Below are positions 1-9,977 of a stretch of 32,000 nt of DNA, piece by piece. The stretch is from contig NZ_CP015137.1 in NCBI RefSeq assembly GCF_001644705.1, positions 1,110,001 to 1,142,000 of the forward strand, given 5' to 3'. Source of the stretch: Dickeya solani IPO 2222 (GTDB lineage Bacteria > Pseudomonadota > Gammaproteobacteria > Enterobacterales > Enterobacteriaceae). Under the pieces are notes generated by a model. It did not search any database. It saw only the letters and a program-made list of their open reading frames with translations, and was not told the DNA's origin. Numbering within the stretch: position 1 is the stretch's first letter; every line of letters starts with the position of its first letter. The position numbers and the translations under genes are program-made.

Positions 1-1854
1 CGCCAGACGCAGGTCGCCCTGCACCAGTTGCTGTAGCTGCAATGTCAGCGTGCCATGCACCTGTTTATCCGACTGCACATCGCCATTGAGTGTCAGTTTG
101 CCAAGGCTCAGTTCCTGCCAGCGCAGCGCTGTGGCATTGATTTCCGTCTGCAACTGCGGCGCATCGCGCTTGCCGCTCAGTCGCAATTTCCCCATCACCT
201 GCCCGCCCAGGCCGGGCAGAATCCCGTTAAGCGCCGGCGCGTTGATATCGCCGTTCAGCCGCCACTGGTCGCTCAGCTCGCCCTGCAACGTCAGTTGGTT
301 ACGCCCCAACGCCAGCGTAACGCCCGGAATCGACCACTGACCGCTGGCGTTGCCGCTCAGCGCGCCTTTGACCATCACCTTGTTCTGCCGTACCTGCCCG
401 TCCAACGCTAACTGCGGCACGTCCAGTTGCCACGCCTCGCCCGCCAGACTGCCGCGGGTGGTCAACGATCCCTCCAGCCGCGCCGGCCATTCCGGCCATT
501 GCTGCGCGGTATTGATACCCTTCAGGGTCACGTTGCTGTTCCAGCTAATCGCATCGCGCCAGTCCAGTTGACCGGTGATATCCGCCGTGCCCTGCAACGC
601 AGCCAGCCGCAATCGCGTCAGCGCGAATTGCTGCTCACTGCCGCTGCCCTCCAGCGTTAGCGTGCCGGGCGGTAACTCACGGCCGCGAATATCGCCCCGT
701 AAGGACAGCGAATAATCGGTGGCTTTACCGCCGATGTTCAGTTGCACATCGTTGAACTGATACTGAGCGTCGCCGGTCAGCGGCCAACGCAATTGCGGGC
801 TGTGCAGGCTGACATTCAGCGGCAAGCCGGGCTCGGCCAGCGCGGTCTGGATATCCAGCTGCGCCCGCTGCGGGCCGGACAGGTTCACCGCCAGCCGTAA
901 CTGCTGGCGCAGGCTGCCTTCGGCCGTCAGCCGTAGGCGTTCGCCTTTAAGCGGGTCGCTGTTCACCATACCGTTAACGTTGAGCGCCACCGGCCAATCG
1001 CCCGCCAGCCGGGCGTCGCCGTGGGCGTACAGCGCGCCCTGCGGCGACTGCACCATCAGTTGTTGCAGCGTCAACGTCTGCTGCCGGGTGGCGGCCTGCA
1101 GTTGAAAGCGGGAAATGACCACCGGCTGGCTGCCCAGAATCTGCCAGGCGTCGCCGCGTAAATCGGCGATGGTGATATCCAGCGGCAGCGTGAACTCAGG
1201 CATCGCCGGCAACAGCGGTGCGGCAAACAGGGTGCGCAACGTTTCGCCCAGCGGTGGTGGCTTGCCAGCCGCCGCTGGCGGCGTGGGCGGCGTTTTCGGT
1301 GCGGCAGGCAGCGCCACGGTGAGGCCCGAGACCTGCGTCGGCAGCAGCGTCAGCGAGCGCCCCTGCCAGCTCAGGCCGGTTTGCAGCAGCGACAGCGACA
1401 CATCGGTGCCGTCGACGATGATACGGCTGTTGTTCAGGTTTAACCGACGCAGCGCCACCGCCACGGGCGCGCTGATTTCGGTTACCGGCGCCGCCTGCGC
1501 CGCAGGCTCGGATTTAGCAGGCGGCATGTCGCCGGTATTGATTGCCACCGTCAGGTTCTGCAGCGACAGGTCGTCCAGACACAGCTGGCTGCGCCACAGG
1601 CAATCCGGCGCCAGCGCCAGATGCAGACTGTCTGTCTGCACGGTCACGCCGGGCATTTGATAGCGTACCGCTTTCAGCGTCAAATCCCGCCAGCCGCCAT
1701 CGACCTGCCCTATTTCCAGCCCCGGCACCCAGCGCACGGCGGCGCTGAGCAACAGATGCAACCCCGGCGTCGTGGTCACCAGCAACACCACCGCCAGCAA
1801 TAACGCCAGCACGCCAGCCATCAGGCCAATTCCGGCTTTTTTCATCCTGCTCAT
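1..1854 (-). CDS. tamB: TamB (YtfN), inner-membrane subunit of the translocation and assembly module. N-terminal 618 codons only; the 3' end lies beyond the window start.
   Basis: The ORF track omits this gene because it has no stop in the window. My reverse-strand translation from the ATG (complement of 1852-1854) gives [70 protein letters not shown].... It stays open to position 1 (1854 nt = 618 codons). The start overlaps the tamA stop as ATGA (1851-1854). The signal-anchor and the [13 protein letters not shown] region match E. coli TamB as I recall it. Confidence 0.9.
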   Translation of the reverse strand, partial: MSRMKKAGIGLMAGVLALLLAVVLLVTTTPGLHLLLSAAVRWVPGLEIGQVDGGWRDLTLKAVRYQMPGVTVQTDSLHLALAPDCLWRSQLCLDDLSLQNLTVAINTGDMPPAKSEPAAQAAPVTEISAPVAVALRRLNLNNSRIIVDGTDVSLSLLQTGLSWQGRSLTLLPTQVSGLTVALPAAPKTPPTPPAAAGKPPPLGETLRTLFAAPLLPAMPEFTLPLDITIADLRGDAWQILGSQPVVISRFQLQAATRQQTLTLQQLMVQSPQGALYAHGDARLAGDWPVALNVNGMVNSDPLKGERLRLTAEGSLRQQLRLAVNLSGPQRAQLDIQTALAEPGLPLNVSLHSPQLRWPLTGDAQYQFNDVQLNIGGKATDYSLSLRGDIRGRELPPGTLTLEGSGSEQQFALTRLRLAALQGTADITGQLDWRDAISWNSNVTLKGINTAQQWPEWPARLEGSLTTRGSLAGEAWQLDVPQLALDGQVRQNKVMVKGALSGNASGQWSIPGVTLALGRNQLTLQGELSDQWRLNGDINAPALNGILPGLGGQVMGKLRLSGKRDAPQLQTEINATALRWQELSLGKLTLNGDVQSDKQVHGTLTLQLQQLVQGDLRLA

Positions 1855-3635
1855 AACTCCGGCCCCAGCCCGATATAAAACTGCAATCCGTGTTTGTCGT
1901 CATCCCCAATCGGCCGGGCGATATCCAGTTTGATCGGCCCCACCGGCGACGCCCAGCGAATACCGATACCGGCACCGGTTTTGAGGTTGGTGCGCGCCAG
2001 ATCGTTGACGGCCTCGCCGCTGTCCACAAACACCGCGCCCCACCATTTCCCGGTAACGTTGTACTGGTATTCCAGAGAACCGGTAGCCAGTTTTGAGGCC
2101 CCGGTGAGTTTGCCGTCGCTGTCGCGCGGAGAAACGGACTTGTATTTATAGCCGCGAATGCTACGGTCCCCGCCGGCGAAGAAACGCAGCGACGGCGGTA
2201 CGCGGGAGAAGCTGCCGGTTTCGATCCAGCCCAGATTGGCACGCGCCACGACGCGGTGTTTTTCCGCCAGCGATCGGATCCAGACGTTCTGGGCCTGAAA
2301 CACCGCAAAATCAATATCCGAGCCCCACAGGGTATTGGAGACATCCACCGAATAGCGCTGAGTATCGCCCCAGTCGGGCATCAGCCCGCCCCGCTGCCGG
2401 GTGCGGTTAAAACTGAGGCCGGGATAAATCAGCATGGTGGTGTTGGTGACGTTGGCCTGGGTAAAGTGATCCAACGTCCAGTGCAGGTTGACCGCCCGCT
2501 GCCAGCCGCTGGATAGTTCCCAGTAACGCGCCAGGTTGAGTGACGTCGAGTCGGACTGGGTGTCGTTGAGGTCTTCGCGCTTGAAGCCGCCCTGCACCAG
2601 ATAGTATTGCTCCAGCGGACTTTTCAGCAGCGGAATCTTGTAGCTCAGATCCAGTTGCTGCTCCGGCGAGGACAAACTCAGGCTGCTTTCCAGACTGTGG
2701 CCGTAAGCATTGACCCAGGGTCTTTTCCAGGTGGTTTTCAGCCGCGGCCCGACATCGGTGGCGTAGCCGCCCCCGGTTTCGACGCTGTTGCGAGTGCGCG
2801 GCGTCAGCACTGCATCCAGCGGCAGTATTTTACTCCGACGGCCCTGTTCGAAATCAGGCGCCACCACCACCGCATTGAACCAGCCGGTGGCGGACAGACG
2901 CCGGTTAAACTCCCCCAGCTGTTCCGCCGAGTAAACGTCGCCCTCCTGAAACGGCACCAGATTCCGCAGATAAGCCGACTGGATCTGGGAACCGCGAAAA
3001 TTGACTTTGCCGAAGCGGTAACGCGTGCCGCTGTCGTAGTCAATGTCCCACCAGGCCTGATGGGTAGACGGCATCACGCCCAGTTGGCTTTTATTGAAGC
3101 GGCCGTCAAAGTACCCCTTTCGCATCGACAGGGTGCCGAGTTCACTTTTGAAATCATCGTAAGCGCCGTGGTTGAGGATACTGCCTTCGACGGGGCGATG
3201 CTGCCTCACCAGTTTTTGATAGTCTTCATCACTCTGCGCGCCGCCGCGGATGGCAATACTGGAGCCGGCGATTTTCACCGGCTCCCCCGGCTTGACGGTC
3301 ACCTTCAGCACCGGGCGGCCGCGCCCCTGTGCCGGAGTAAACGCAAAGCGAATCTCCGGGTCGTAATAACCCAGCGCGCGCAGCCCTTTGCGGATCGCTT
3401 CATCGACCCGGGCGCGGAAACGGCCATCGGCGTTGACTTCATCCTGCGTGATGGTGGAAAGGCGGGCACGTACATTTTTCTGCAGTTCGCCCTCCAGCCC
3501 GGTGAGCTGCAGGCGCACATTTGATGCGGCAAGCACTGGCGCCGCCATTAGCAGCAGACTTCCGAGTCCCAACATGCGGCAAAATATGGCGCCACGACGG
3601 CAAAATCTGTTTTTTGTCCTGATAAGAATGGTCAC
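1851..3635 (-). CDS. tamA: TamA (YtfM), Omp85-family outer-membrane subunit of the translocation and assembly module
   Basis: The 594-codon ORF is colinear with E. coli TamA from ...[22 protein letters not shown] through the C-terminal [13 protein letters not shown]. The start is uncertain. GTG at 3635 is preceded by GGGAAG. ATG at 3575 would give [17 protein letters not shown] but has no RBS. Confidence 0.93.
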   Translation of the reverse strand: MTILIRTKNRFCRRGAIFCRMLGLGSLLLMAAPVLAASNVRLQLTGLEGELQKNVRARLSTITQDEVNADGRFRARVDEAIRKGLRALGYYDPEIRFAFTPAQGRGRPVLKVTVKPGEPVKIAGSSIAIRGGAQSDEDYQKLVRQHRPVEGSILNHGAYDDFKSELGTLSMRKGYFDGRFNKSQLGVMPSTHQAWWDIDYDSGTRYRFGKVNFRGSQIQSAYLRNLVPFQEGDVYSAEQLGEFNRRLSATGWFNAVVVAPDFEQGRRSKILPLDAVLTPRTRNSVETGGGYATDVGPRLKTTWKRPWVNAYGHSLESSLSLSSPEQQLDLSYKIPLLKSPLEQYYLVQGGFKREDLNDTQSDSTSLNLARYWELSSGWQRAVNLHWTLDHFTQANVTNTTMLIYPGLSFNRTRQRGGLMPDWGDTQRYSVDVSNTLWGSDIDFAVFQAQNVWIRSLAEKHRVVARANLGWIETGSFSRVPPSLRFFAGGDRSIRGYKYKSVSPRDSDGKLTGASKLATGSLEYQYNVTGKWWGAVFVDSGEAVNDLARTNLKTGAGIGIRWASPVGPIKLDIARPIGDDDKHGLQFYIGLGPEL

Positions 3636-3677
3636 TTAACTTCCCGGCAGTATCAGCAGAATCGACGTATTTTCTGA

Positions 3678-3734
3678 TTAACTACAGACAAGTATGCCTG
3701 TAACGGTGCTGTTAACTATAGCTATTAACTATAG
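3678..3734. repeat. Three direct copies of TTAACTAYAG in the tamA/msrA divergent intergenic region
   Basis: TTAACTACAG is at 3678-3687 and TTAACTATAG is at 3712-3721 and 3725-3734. The last two copies are 13 bp apart, start to start. Confidence 0.6.
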
Positions 3735-3980
3735 ATAGTCGTCGCCATGCAGACAACGCTATCCCCCCGAAAACTCCATCGCTCATGTCGGGCATAGCCA
3801 GTCAACGAGCAGGTCGGGCGGTCTCCGGATGCCGACCGTACGGGCGCTTATCGGTGTGGCGCGCCGCCCGGCGTCAGCATCGCTGTCATATTGCTGTGCT
3901 ATTTCGCCATAAAGACAGAGCGCATTAACTCGGTTATGCTCTGAAAGTATGAAACACCGGGTGATAATCAGGAGCCAAAC

Positions 3981-4622
3981 GTGATAGAGAATTTTGATAA
4001 GACACAGTTGATCGGCCAGTCGGATGCCCTGCCGGGCCGCACCACACCCATGCCGGTCGCCCGTCTGCACGTGGTGAATCAGCATTCCATGACCCATGTG
4101 CCGGACCACATGGAGGTGGCGATCTTCGCCATGGGCTGCTTCTGGGGCGTGGAACGTCTGTTCTGGCAACAGCCGGGCGTGTATAGCACCGCGTCCGGGT
4201 ATTGCGGCGGCTATACTCCTAACCCCACTTACCGGGAGGTCTGTACCGGCAAGACCGGTCACGCGGAAGCCGTGCGCGTCGTGTTCGATCCCGCGGTGGT
4301 GAGCTACCCGCAGTTGCTGCAATTGTTCTGGGAAAATCACAACCCGGCGCAAGGCATGCGACAGGGCAACGACATCGGTACACAGTACCGTTCCGCGATC
4401 TATGCGTTAACCCCGGAGCAGGAAACGGCGGCGAAAGAGAGCGACCAGCGCTTCCAGCAAGCTATGCGAGATGCGGGCAATAACCGCGACATCACCACGG
4501 AAATCCAGCCCGCTGGGCCATTTTACTACGCCGAAGATGAGCATCAGCAATACCTGCACAAGAACCCGGACGGCTATTGTGGACTGGGCGGCATCGGGGT
4601 TTGTTTGCCTCCGCAGGGCTAA
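3981..4622 (+). CDS. msrA: Peptide methionine-(S)-sulfoxide reductase MsrA
   Basis: The start is GTG with AGGAG 6 nt upstream. The 213-aa product contains the GCFWG active-site motif and is colinear with E. coli MsrA, ending [13 protein letters not shown]. Confidence 0.95.
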   Translation: MIENFDKTQLIGQSDALPGRTTPMPVARLHVVNQHSMTHVPDHMEVAIFAMGCFWGVERLFWQQPGVYSTASGYCGGYTPNPTYREVCTGKTGHAEAVRVVFDPAVVSYPQLLQLFWENHNPAQGMRQGNDIGTQYRSAIYALTPEQETAAKESDQRFQQAMRDAGNNRDITTEIQPAGPFYYAEDEHQQYLHKNPDGYCGLGGIGVCLPPQG

Positions 4623-4734
4623 GCGACCTGGCTATTTTGTTCGCCGTTTTGGGCCAGGGCGCTGCCCGCTCAGCATGCGTCGTATGTTGTCTGCGCGCCA
4701 TCTGCGCCCAAACTGGCGGTAATTTGACCGCGCC

Positions 4735-4743
4735 TGCTATACT
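4735..4743 (+). promoter_or_regulatory. Candidate extended -10 promoter element (TGcTATACT) for ytfL
   Basis: TGCTATACT lies about 105 nt upstream of the ytfL ATG. There is no good -35, which is consistent with an extended -10 promoter type. This call is by sequence inspection only. Confidence 0.3.
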
Positions 4744-4847
4744 GGGCGACCACGGGCCGACTTCCGGCCCCTTTTGCGGCGATGTCGCACCCATGATGTT
4801 ATTCCCTTTCAGAGGTTCGCCGTCCGCGACGACTGTGCGAAAAAACT

Positions 4848-6164
4848 ATGCTAAACAGTCTGTTAATTATTTTATTTCTTATCGCCATCAGTGCGTTTTT
4901 CTCTCTGTCTGAAATCTCGCTGGCCGCTTCACGCAAGATCAAGCTGAAGCTGCTGGCCGACGAAGGCGACCTGAACGCCGCCCTGGTGCTGAAACTTCAG
5001 GAAACGCCGGGCATTTTCTTCACCGTGATTCAGATCGGCCTCAACGCGGTCGCCATCCTGGCCGGTATCATCGGCGACGCAGCCTTCTCGCCCTCTTTCG
5101 AAGTGCTGTTTGCCAGCTTTCTGCCGCAGGATATGGTCGCCCGCGCCAGTTTTATCTGCTCGTTTGTGTTGGTTACCAGCCTGTTCATTCTGTTTGGCGA
5201 CCTGACGCCGAAACGCATTGGTATGATTGCCCCGGAAACGATAGCTATTCGGATCATCAACCCCATGCGCTTCTGTCTGCTGGTGTTCCGCCCGCTGGTC
5301 TGGCTGTTCAACGGTCTGGCTAACCTGATTTTCCGCTTGTTCAAGCTGCCGATGGTGCGCAAAGAAGACATCACTCCCGACGATATCTATGCGGTGGTGG
5401 AAGCCGGCGCGTTGGCTGGCGTGTTGCGTAAACAGGAACACGAGCTGATCGAAAACGTGTTCGAACTGGAGTCGCGTACCGTACCCTCTTCAATGACCTC
5501 GCGTGAAAGCGTGGTCTATTTCGACCTGCATGAAGATGAAACGCAGATCAAAGAGAAAATCGCGCACCAGCCGCATTCCAAGTTTCTGGTGTGCAACGAC
5601 ACCATCGATCAGATCGTCGGCTATGTGGACTCCAAGGATCTGCTGAACCGGGTGCTGGGCAACCAGAGCCTGGAACTGACCAGCGGTGTACAGATTCGCC
5701 CGGCGCTGATCGTGCCGGACACCCTGACGCTGTCGGAAGCGCTGGAAAGCTTCAAAACCGCGGGCGAAGACTTCGCGGTGATCCTCAACGAGTACGCGCT
5801 GGTGGTGGGGATTATCACCCTTAACGACGTGATGACCACGCTGATGGGCGACCTGGTTGGGCAAGGGATGGAAGAGCAGATTGTCGCCCGTGACGAGAAC
5901 TCCTGGCTTATCGAGGGCGGCACGCCGATAGAAGACGTAATGCGGGCGCTCAGCATTGATGCGTTCCCCCACTCCGACAATTACGAAACCATCGGCGGGT
6001 TCATGATGTATATGCTGCGCAAGATCCCCAAACGCACCGATTTTGTCCGTTACGCCGGGTATAAGTTCGAAGTGGTGGATATCGACAGCTACAAGATCGA
6101 CCAGTTGCTGGTCACCCGGCTGGAAGAAAAAACGACGGCCAACGCCGAAGCGCATCCGGCGTAA
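4848..6164 (+). CDS. ytfL: YtfL/PaeA-type CNNM (DUF21-CBS-CorC_HlyC) inner-membrane transporter
   Basis: The 438-aa product starts MLNSLLIILFLIAISAFFSLSEISLAASRKIKLKLLADEG. It is nearly colinear with E. coli YtfL, including KQEHELIENVFELESRTVPSSMT and GYKFEVVDID. Confidence 0.93.
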   Translation: MLNSLLIILFLIAISAFFSLSEISLAASRKIKLKLLADEGDLNAALVLKLQETPGIFFTVIQIGLNAVAILAGIIGDAAFSPSFEVLFASFLPQDMVARASFICSFVLVTSLFILFGDLTPKRIGMIAPETIAIRIINPMRFCLLVFRPLVWLFNGLANLIFRLFKLPMVRKEDITPDDIYAVVEAGALAGVLRKQEHELIENVFELESRTVPSSMTSRESVVYFDLHEDETQIKEKIAHQPHSKFLVCNDTIDQIVGYVDSKDLLNRVLGNQSLELTSGVQIRPALIVPDTLTLSEALESFKTAGEDFAVILNEYALVVGIITLNDVMTTLMGDLVGQGMEEQIVARDENSWLIEGGTPIEDVMRALSIDAFPHSDNYETIGGFMMYMLRKIPKRTDFVRYAGYKFEVVDIDSYKIDQLLVTRLEEKTTANAEAHPA

Positions 6165-6213
6165 GCCGTTATGCGCATTGATCTCAACAAATAATAAACC
6201 CCAACAAATAACA

Positions 6214-6236
6214 ACGGCCCGTCAACGGGCCGTTTT
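6214..6236. terminator. Bidirectional rho-independent terminator between convergent ytfL and ytfK
   Basis: The stem is ACGGCCCG (6214-6221) paired with CGGGCCGT (6226-6233), with loop TCAA. A T-run lies downstream and an A-rich run upstream. Confidence 0.75.
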
Positions 6237-6258
6237 CCTGTCGCAGGGGCAAGCTCTT

Positions 6259-6465
6259 TCAGCCCAGTTCAGCCTGCAACTTCAGTACCTGACGGTTGAC
6301 TTCGGACATCACCACCAGATGCTGTTTGTCCTGCGTTTTGGGCAACAGAATGCGGCCCTGATCAAATTCAAAAGCGCCAACCCCTTTGATGTAGAGTCTT
6401 CCACGAAACAGGATTTTCACATACTTGGCGACCTTAAGGGGATTGTAACGTTCGAAGATCCTCAT
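6259..6465 (-). CDS. ytfK: YtfK (DUF1107) small protein, 68 aa
   Basis: The internal start at 6465 is preceded by GGGAGGAGAGG. The product [43 protein letters not shown]... is colinear with the 68-aa E. coli YtfK. The 84-aa ORF-track version is a 5' over-extension. Confidence 0.9.
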   Translation of the reverse strand: MRIFERYNPLKVAKYVKILFRGRLYIKGVGAFEFDQGRILLPKTQDKQHLVVMSEVNRQVLKLQAELG

Positions 6466-6537
6466 CGTTTTCCTCTCCTCCCGTTTTTTCTCCACCACGC
6501 TACCCGTTCCCAATCAGGGTCGGATGATGCTCAGCGC

Positions 6538-6590
6538 GGCAATCACGTACAGTTGGTCAATCACATACAAATTGATCAATCACACACACT
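6538..6590 (-). repeat. About 2.5 tandem copies of a 19-bp unit (TGTGATTGAyCAA...) upstream of ytfK
   Basis: In ytfK orientation the sequence reads gtgtgTGTGATTGATCAATTTGTA / TGTGATTGACCAACTGTAC / GTGATTGCC. The units are at 6566-6584, 6547-6565 and 6538-6546, which is 73-125 nt upstream of the ATG. Confidence 0.6.
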
Positions 6591-6852
6591 TGGTTAGTGT
6601 CCTTATCCTGCGGTTAGTTCCCGCAATGACAGAATTATTTACGGCGTTTACATATTTTTACCGAATAGACTAATGCCATACTTTTTAAATCAGTATAAAC
6701 CTTCAAGTTATTGCCGTATGTGCGATATGCCGCAAACTCACACACGCTACGGTGATCGCCTCAACGGCCGCCAATCTACCGCGAAAATATGACCAAAAAA
6801 CGACAGTACGCCACCAGCGACATTAAAGATAAAAACGGGAAAGCGGGAAGCG

Positions 6853-6877
6853 CACGGCAGGCTCATCGCCTGCCGTG
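6853..6877 (-). terminator. Probable cysQ terminator hairpin
   Basis: A perfect 9-bp stem pairs CACGGCAGG with CCTGCCGTG around a 7-nt loop, about 45 nt beyond the cysQ stop. On the minus strand it is followed by the T-rich tail cgcttcccgctttcccgttttt. Confidence 0.5.
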
Positions 6878-6919
6878 GCTATCATCAGGAAAATCCGGCC
6901 GGAGCGACCGGAAAGAAGA

Positions 6920-7660
6920 TCAGAACAGTGAAACGCGAAAGCCCGGGTTCAGGAAGGATTCACGCGGCAGATAGGAGAGCGTGCGCCCTTGCCAGTCATG
7001 CACCTGCGCGCCGGCAGCCAGCGCCACCGCATGCCCGGCGGCGGTATCCCAGATGTTGGTCGGCCCGAAACGCGGGTAAAGCTGGGCCTTGCCCTCCGCC
7101 ACCAGACAGAACTTCAGCGACGAGCCAATAGACACGGTATGGTGTTCGCCCAACTGTCGTAGATAATCATCCAGTTCCGCATCGGCGTGGGAACGGCTCA
7201 CCACTACCAGCGGCGGCCTGGCGTCTTTTACCTGAATGGCGCGGCGTTTCCCCCCCTCTTCCTTCCAGGCCTTACCATCCACGGCGGCGTACATCACCCC
7301 GGTCACCGGCACGTATACCACGCCCAGCACCGGCTTGCCGTTATCGATCAGCGCGATATTGACGGTAAACTCACCGTTGCGATTGAGAAATTCTTTGGTG
7401 CCGTCCAGCGGGTCCACCAACCAGTAACGCTGCCAGTGCTGACGTTCAGACCACGCCTGCGGGTCCTCCTCTGACAGCATCGGCGTCTCGGGGTATTGTT
7501 CGGCCAATCCACGCGCAATGACCCGGTGCGCCGCCAGGTCGGCCGCCGTCACCGGCGAGTCATCTTTCTTAAGCGTCACGTTCAGCGGCTGCTGACCGTT
7601 ATAAACCTGCATGATGGCGTCTCCCGCCTCACGCGCCAGTTGGCAGATCTGTTCTAACAT
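6920..7660 (-). CDS. cysQ: 3'(2'),5'-bisphosphate nucleotidase CysQ
   Basis: The 246-aa product is the same length as E. coli CysQ and colinear with it ([31 protein letters not shown]). Confidence 0.95.
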   Translation of the reverse strand: MLEQICQLAREAGDAIMQVYNGQQPLNVTLKKDDSPVTAADLAAHRVIARGLAEQYPETPMLSEEDPQAWSERQHWQRYWLVDPLDGTKEFLNRNGEFTVNIALIDNGKPVLGVVYVPVTGVMYAAVDGKAWKEEGGKRRAIQVKDARPPLVVVSRSHADAELDDYLRQLGEHHTVSIGSSLKFCLVAEGKAQLYPRFGPTNIWDTAAGHAVALAAGAQVHDWQGRTLSYLPRESFLNPGFRVSLF

Positions 7661-7893
7661 CGTTTCACCTCGTTATACGTACAGGCCATGCTTCAGGTGT
7701 CGCAACAGTGCACGCACCGGCCATTTTTATCTCTGCCCCGGAATTCTATGCCATGCTTCACACTTCAGGCTGATATTTAACACGATATTCATCAAAATCT
7801 GCGATACACATTCTGGCCGCGCCGCCATTGTCGGACAATCGCCCGACTGCGCAGGCGTTGCCATGCCAATACCTCGTCACAGGAGCGACCTTT

Positions 7894-9843
7894 ATGAAGC
7901 ATAAGCTGGTGCTGAGCCTGCTCGCGATAGCCATCGCTAACGCCACTCAGGCAGCCACCGTCGATTTACGGGTGCTGGAAACCACCGATCTTCACAGCAA
8001 TATGATGGACTATGACTACTATAAAGACAGTCCAACGGATAAATTCGGACTGGTCCGTACCGCCAGCCTGATTCAGGCCGCCCGTCAGCAAGCCGTCAAC
8101 AGCGTGCTGGTGGACAACGGCGACATTATTCAGGGTAGCCCACTGGGCGACTATGTCGCCGCCAAAGGGTTGCAGAAAGGCGACGTACACCCGGTCTATC
8201 TGGCGATGAACACGCTGGATTATGCAGTCGGCAATATCGGTAACCATGAATTCAACTACGGGCTGGACTACCTGCATAAAGCGCTGGCCGGCGCCCATTT
8301 CCCTTATATCAACGCCAACGTGCTGGACGCCAAAACCGGCAAACCGCTGTTTACTCCTTACCTGATCGAAAAGAAAACGGTGAAAGACCGCGATGGCAAC
8401 CCCCACGAACTGCGTATCGGTTACATCGGTTTCGTACCGCCGCAAATCATGGTCTGGGATAAAGCCAACCTGAGCGGCAAAGTCACGGTGGCAGACATCA
8501 CCGAAACCGCGAAAAAATGGGTGCCTGAACTGCGCAAACAAGGGGCGGACGTGGTGATCGCCATACCGCATTCCGGCCTGTCGGCGGAACCGTATAAAAC
8601 GATGGCGGAAAATTCAGTCTACTACTTAAGCCAGATCCCCGGTATCGACGCCATTATGTTCGGCCACGCCCACGCGGTATTCCCGAGCAAAGATTTCGCC
8701 AGCATCACCGGCGCCGACATCGCAAAAGGTACGCTGAACGGCGTTCCCGCCGTGATGCCCGGCCAGTGGGGCGACCATCTCGGCGTGGTGGATCTGGTCC
8801 TGAACAACGACAGCGGTCAGTGGAAAGTGGCCGAAGGCAAGGCGGAAGCCCGCCCGATCTACGACAAAGCGCAGAAGAAATCGCTGGCGGCGGAAGACCC
8901 GCAGTTGGTCAACGTGCTGGCGGACGCCCATCAGAAAACCCGCGAGTTTGTCAGCAAACCTATCGGCAAAGCCTCCGACAACATGTACAGCTACCTGTCG
9001 CTGATTCAGGACGACCCGACGGTCCAGATCGTCAACAACGCGCAGACCGCGTACGTCGAGCACTTTATTCAGGGCGACCCGGATCTGGCGGAGCTGCCGG
9101 TGCTGTCCGCGGCAGCGCCGTTCAAAGCAGGTGGTCGCAAGAACGACCCGGCCAGCTACGTGGAAGTGGAGAAAGGCCAGTTGACCTTCCGTAACGCCGC
9201 CGACCTCTACCTCTATCCCAACACGCTGGTGGTGGTGAAAGTTAAAGGCGAGCAGGTACGGGAATGGCTGGAATGCTCTGCCGGCCAGTTCAACCAGATT
9301 GACGCGCACAAACGCGAGCCGCAATCGCTCATCAACTGGGATGGTTTTCGTACCTACAACTTTGACGTCATTGACGGCGTGAACTACCAGATAGACGTCA
9401 CCCAGCCTGCCCGCTACGACGGTGAGTGTCAGTTGATCAACGGCAACGCGCATCGTATCAAGGATCTGACCTTCAAAGGCAAACCGATCGATCCGCAGGC
9501 CACGTTCCTGATCGCCACCAACAACTACCGCGCCTACGGCGAGAAATTCGCCGGCACCGGTGAAAAACAGGTCGCGTTTGCGTCGCCGGATGAAAACCGC
9601 GCGGTGCTGGCCGCCTATATCAGCGCCGAAACGAAAAAAGCCGGCGAGGTAACCCCCTCGGCGGACAACAACTGGCGTCTGGCGACAATTGTCAGCGATA
9701 CCCCGCTGGATATCCGGGTGGAGACATCGCCGTCGCCGAAAGCGGCAGCGTTCATCAAGGAAAAGTCGCAGTACCCGCTATCGCTGGTGGGTAACGACGA
9801 CATCGGCTTTGCCGTCTACCGTCTGGATCTGCAAAAACAGTAA
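7894..9843 (+). CDS. cpdB: 2',3'-cyclic-nucleotide 2'-phosphodiesterase / 3'-nucleotidase CpdB (periplasmic)
   Basis: The start at 7894 has AGGAG at 7881-7885 and gives the signal peptide [20 protein letters not shown]. The mature part is colinear with E. coli CpdB ([25 protein letters not shown] ... [12 protein letters not shown]). The ORF-track start at 7828 is an over-extension. Confidence 0.94.
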   Translation: MKHKLVLSLLAIAIANATQAATVDLRVLETTDLHSNMMDYDYYKDSPTDKFGLVRTASLIQAARQQAVNSVLVDNGDIIQGSPLGDYVAAKGLQKGDVHPVYLAMNTLDYAVGNIGNHEFNYGLDYLHKALAGAHFPYINANVLDAKTGKPLFTPYLIEKKTVKDRDGNPHELRIGYIGFVPPQIMVWDKANLSGKVTVADITETAKKWVPELRKQGADVVIAIPHSGLSAEPYKTMAENSVYYLSQIPGIDAIMFGHAHAVFPSKDFASITGADIAKGTLNGVPAVMPGQWGDHLGVVDLVLNNDSGQWKVAEGKAEARPIYDKAQKKSLAAEDPQLVNVLADAHQKTREFVSKPIGKASDNMYSYLSLIQDDPTVQIVNNAQTAYVEHFIQGDPDLAELPVLSAAAPFKAGGRKNDPASYVEVEKGQLTFRNAADLYLYPNTLVVVKVKGEQVREWLECSAGQFNQIDAHKREPQSLINWDGFRTYNFDVIDGVNYQIDVTQPARYDGECQLINGNAHRIKDLTFKGKPIDPQATFLIATNNYRAYGEKFAGTGEKQVAFASPDENRAVLAAYISAETKKAGEVTPSADNNWRLATIVSDTPLDIRVETSPSPKAAAFIKEKSQYPLSLVGNDDIGFAVYRLDLQKQ

Positions 9844-9850
9844 GCCCATC

Positions 9851-9879
9851 AAACCGCGCTTCCACGGCGCGGTTTTTTT
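9851..9879 (+). terminator. cpdB rho-independent terminator
   Basis: The stem pairs AAACCGCGC (9851-9859) with GCGCGGTTT (9867-9875), and the T-run continues to 9879. Confidence 0.8.
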
Positions 9880-9924
9880 CATCGTTTCCCCCCGATAATC
9901 CTTTTTAGGGATAGCCAATCTTAA

Positions 9925-9947
9925 AAGATGCATTTAAAATACACTTT
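9925..9947 (+). promoter_or_regulatory. NsrR operator (11-1-11 inverted repeat) in the ytfE promoter
   Basis: The site reads AAGATGCATTT-A-AAATACACTTT. The left half is identical to the published NsrR half-site AAGATGCATTT. The right half matches 8 of 11 positions as reverse complement. It overlaps a TATAAA -10 candidate at 9947-9952 and lies 31 nt upstream of the ytfE ATG. Confidence 0.85.
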
Positions 9948-9977
9948 ATAAATTGCACCGTTCAGGGGGTACCCACC

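Noticed and set aside
50-1803. Several plus- and minus-strand ORFs of 60-276 aa at the window start (for example 55-411, 1115-1660 and 1514-2344)
   Set aside because: They all lie within, or out of frame on, the open tamB reading frame. They have Arg/Ala/Pro/Gly-rich low-complexity translations typical of shadow ORFs in GC-rich coding DNA, and none has an RBS.
2607-3524. A 305-aa plus-strand ORF opposite tamA, with similar long antisense ORFs opposite other genes (5490-6155, 7966-8571, 8626-9453, 11369-12118, 13606-14424, 24639-25829, 27087-27716, 28566-30086)
   Set aside because: Each one is antisense to a gene with strong, full-length similarity to a known protein. Their compositions are R/H/Q/A-rich with no recognisable motifs, so they are shadow ORFs.
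6626-6632. A Pho-box half-site (CTGTCAT on the minus strand) upstream of ytfK
   Set aside because: Only one 7-mer is present. The required second CTGTCA repeat 11 bp away is missing, so I cannot support a PhoB site from sequence.
6789-6974. A 61-aa Lys/Arg-rich ORF (MTKKRQYATSDIKDKNGK...) between ytfK and cysQ
   Set aside because: It has no RBS, it overlaps the cysQ terminator hairpin and the cysQ 3' end, and it has low-complexity basic composition. It is most likely spurious.
7828-7893. 5' extensions of ORF-track models (cpdB 7828, ytfK 6513, DUF2502 11181, fklB 12136, DUF488 13431, MCP 18008, relic 21066, rpsR 22221, yjfP 23994, small protein 26484, rnr 30308)
   Set aside because: In each case an internal start has a proper Shine-Dalgarno sequence and reproduces the length and N-terminus of the known homologue or a clean signal peptide. 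The extensions add non-conserved residues and sometimes overlap neighbouring genes.
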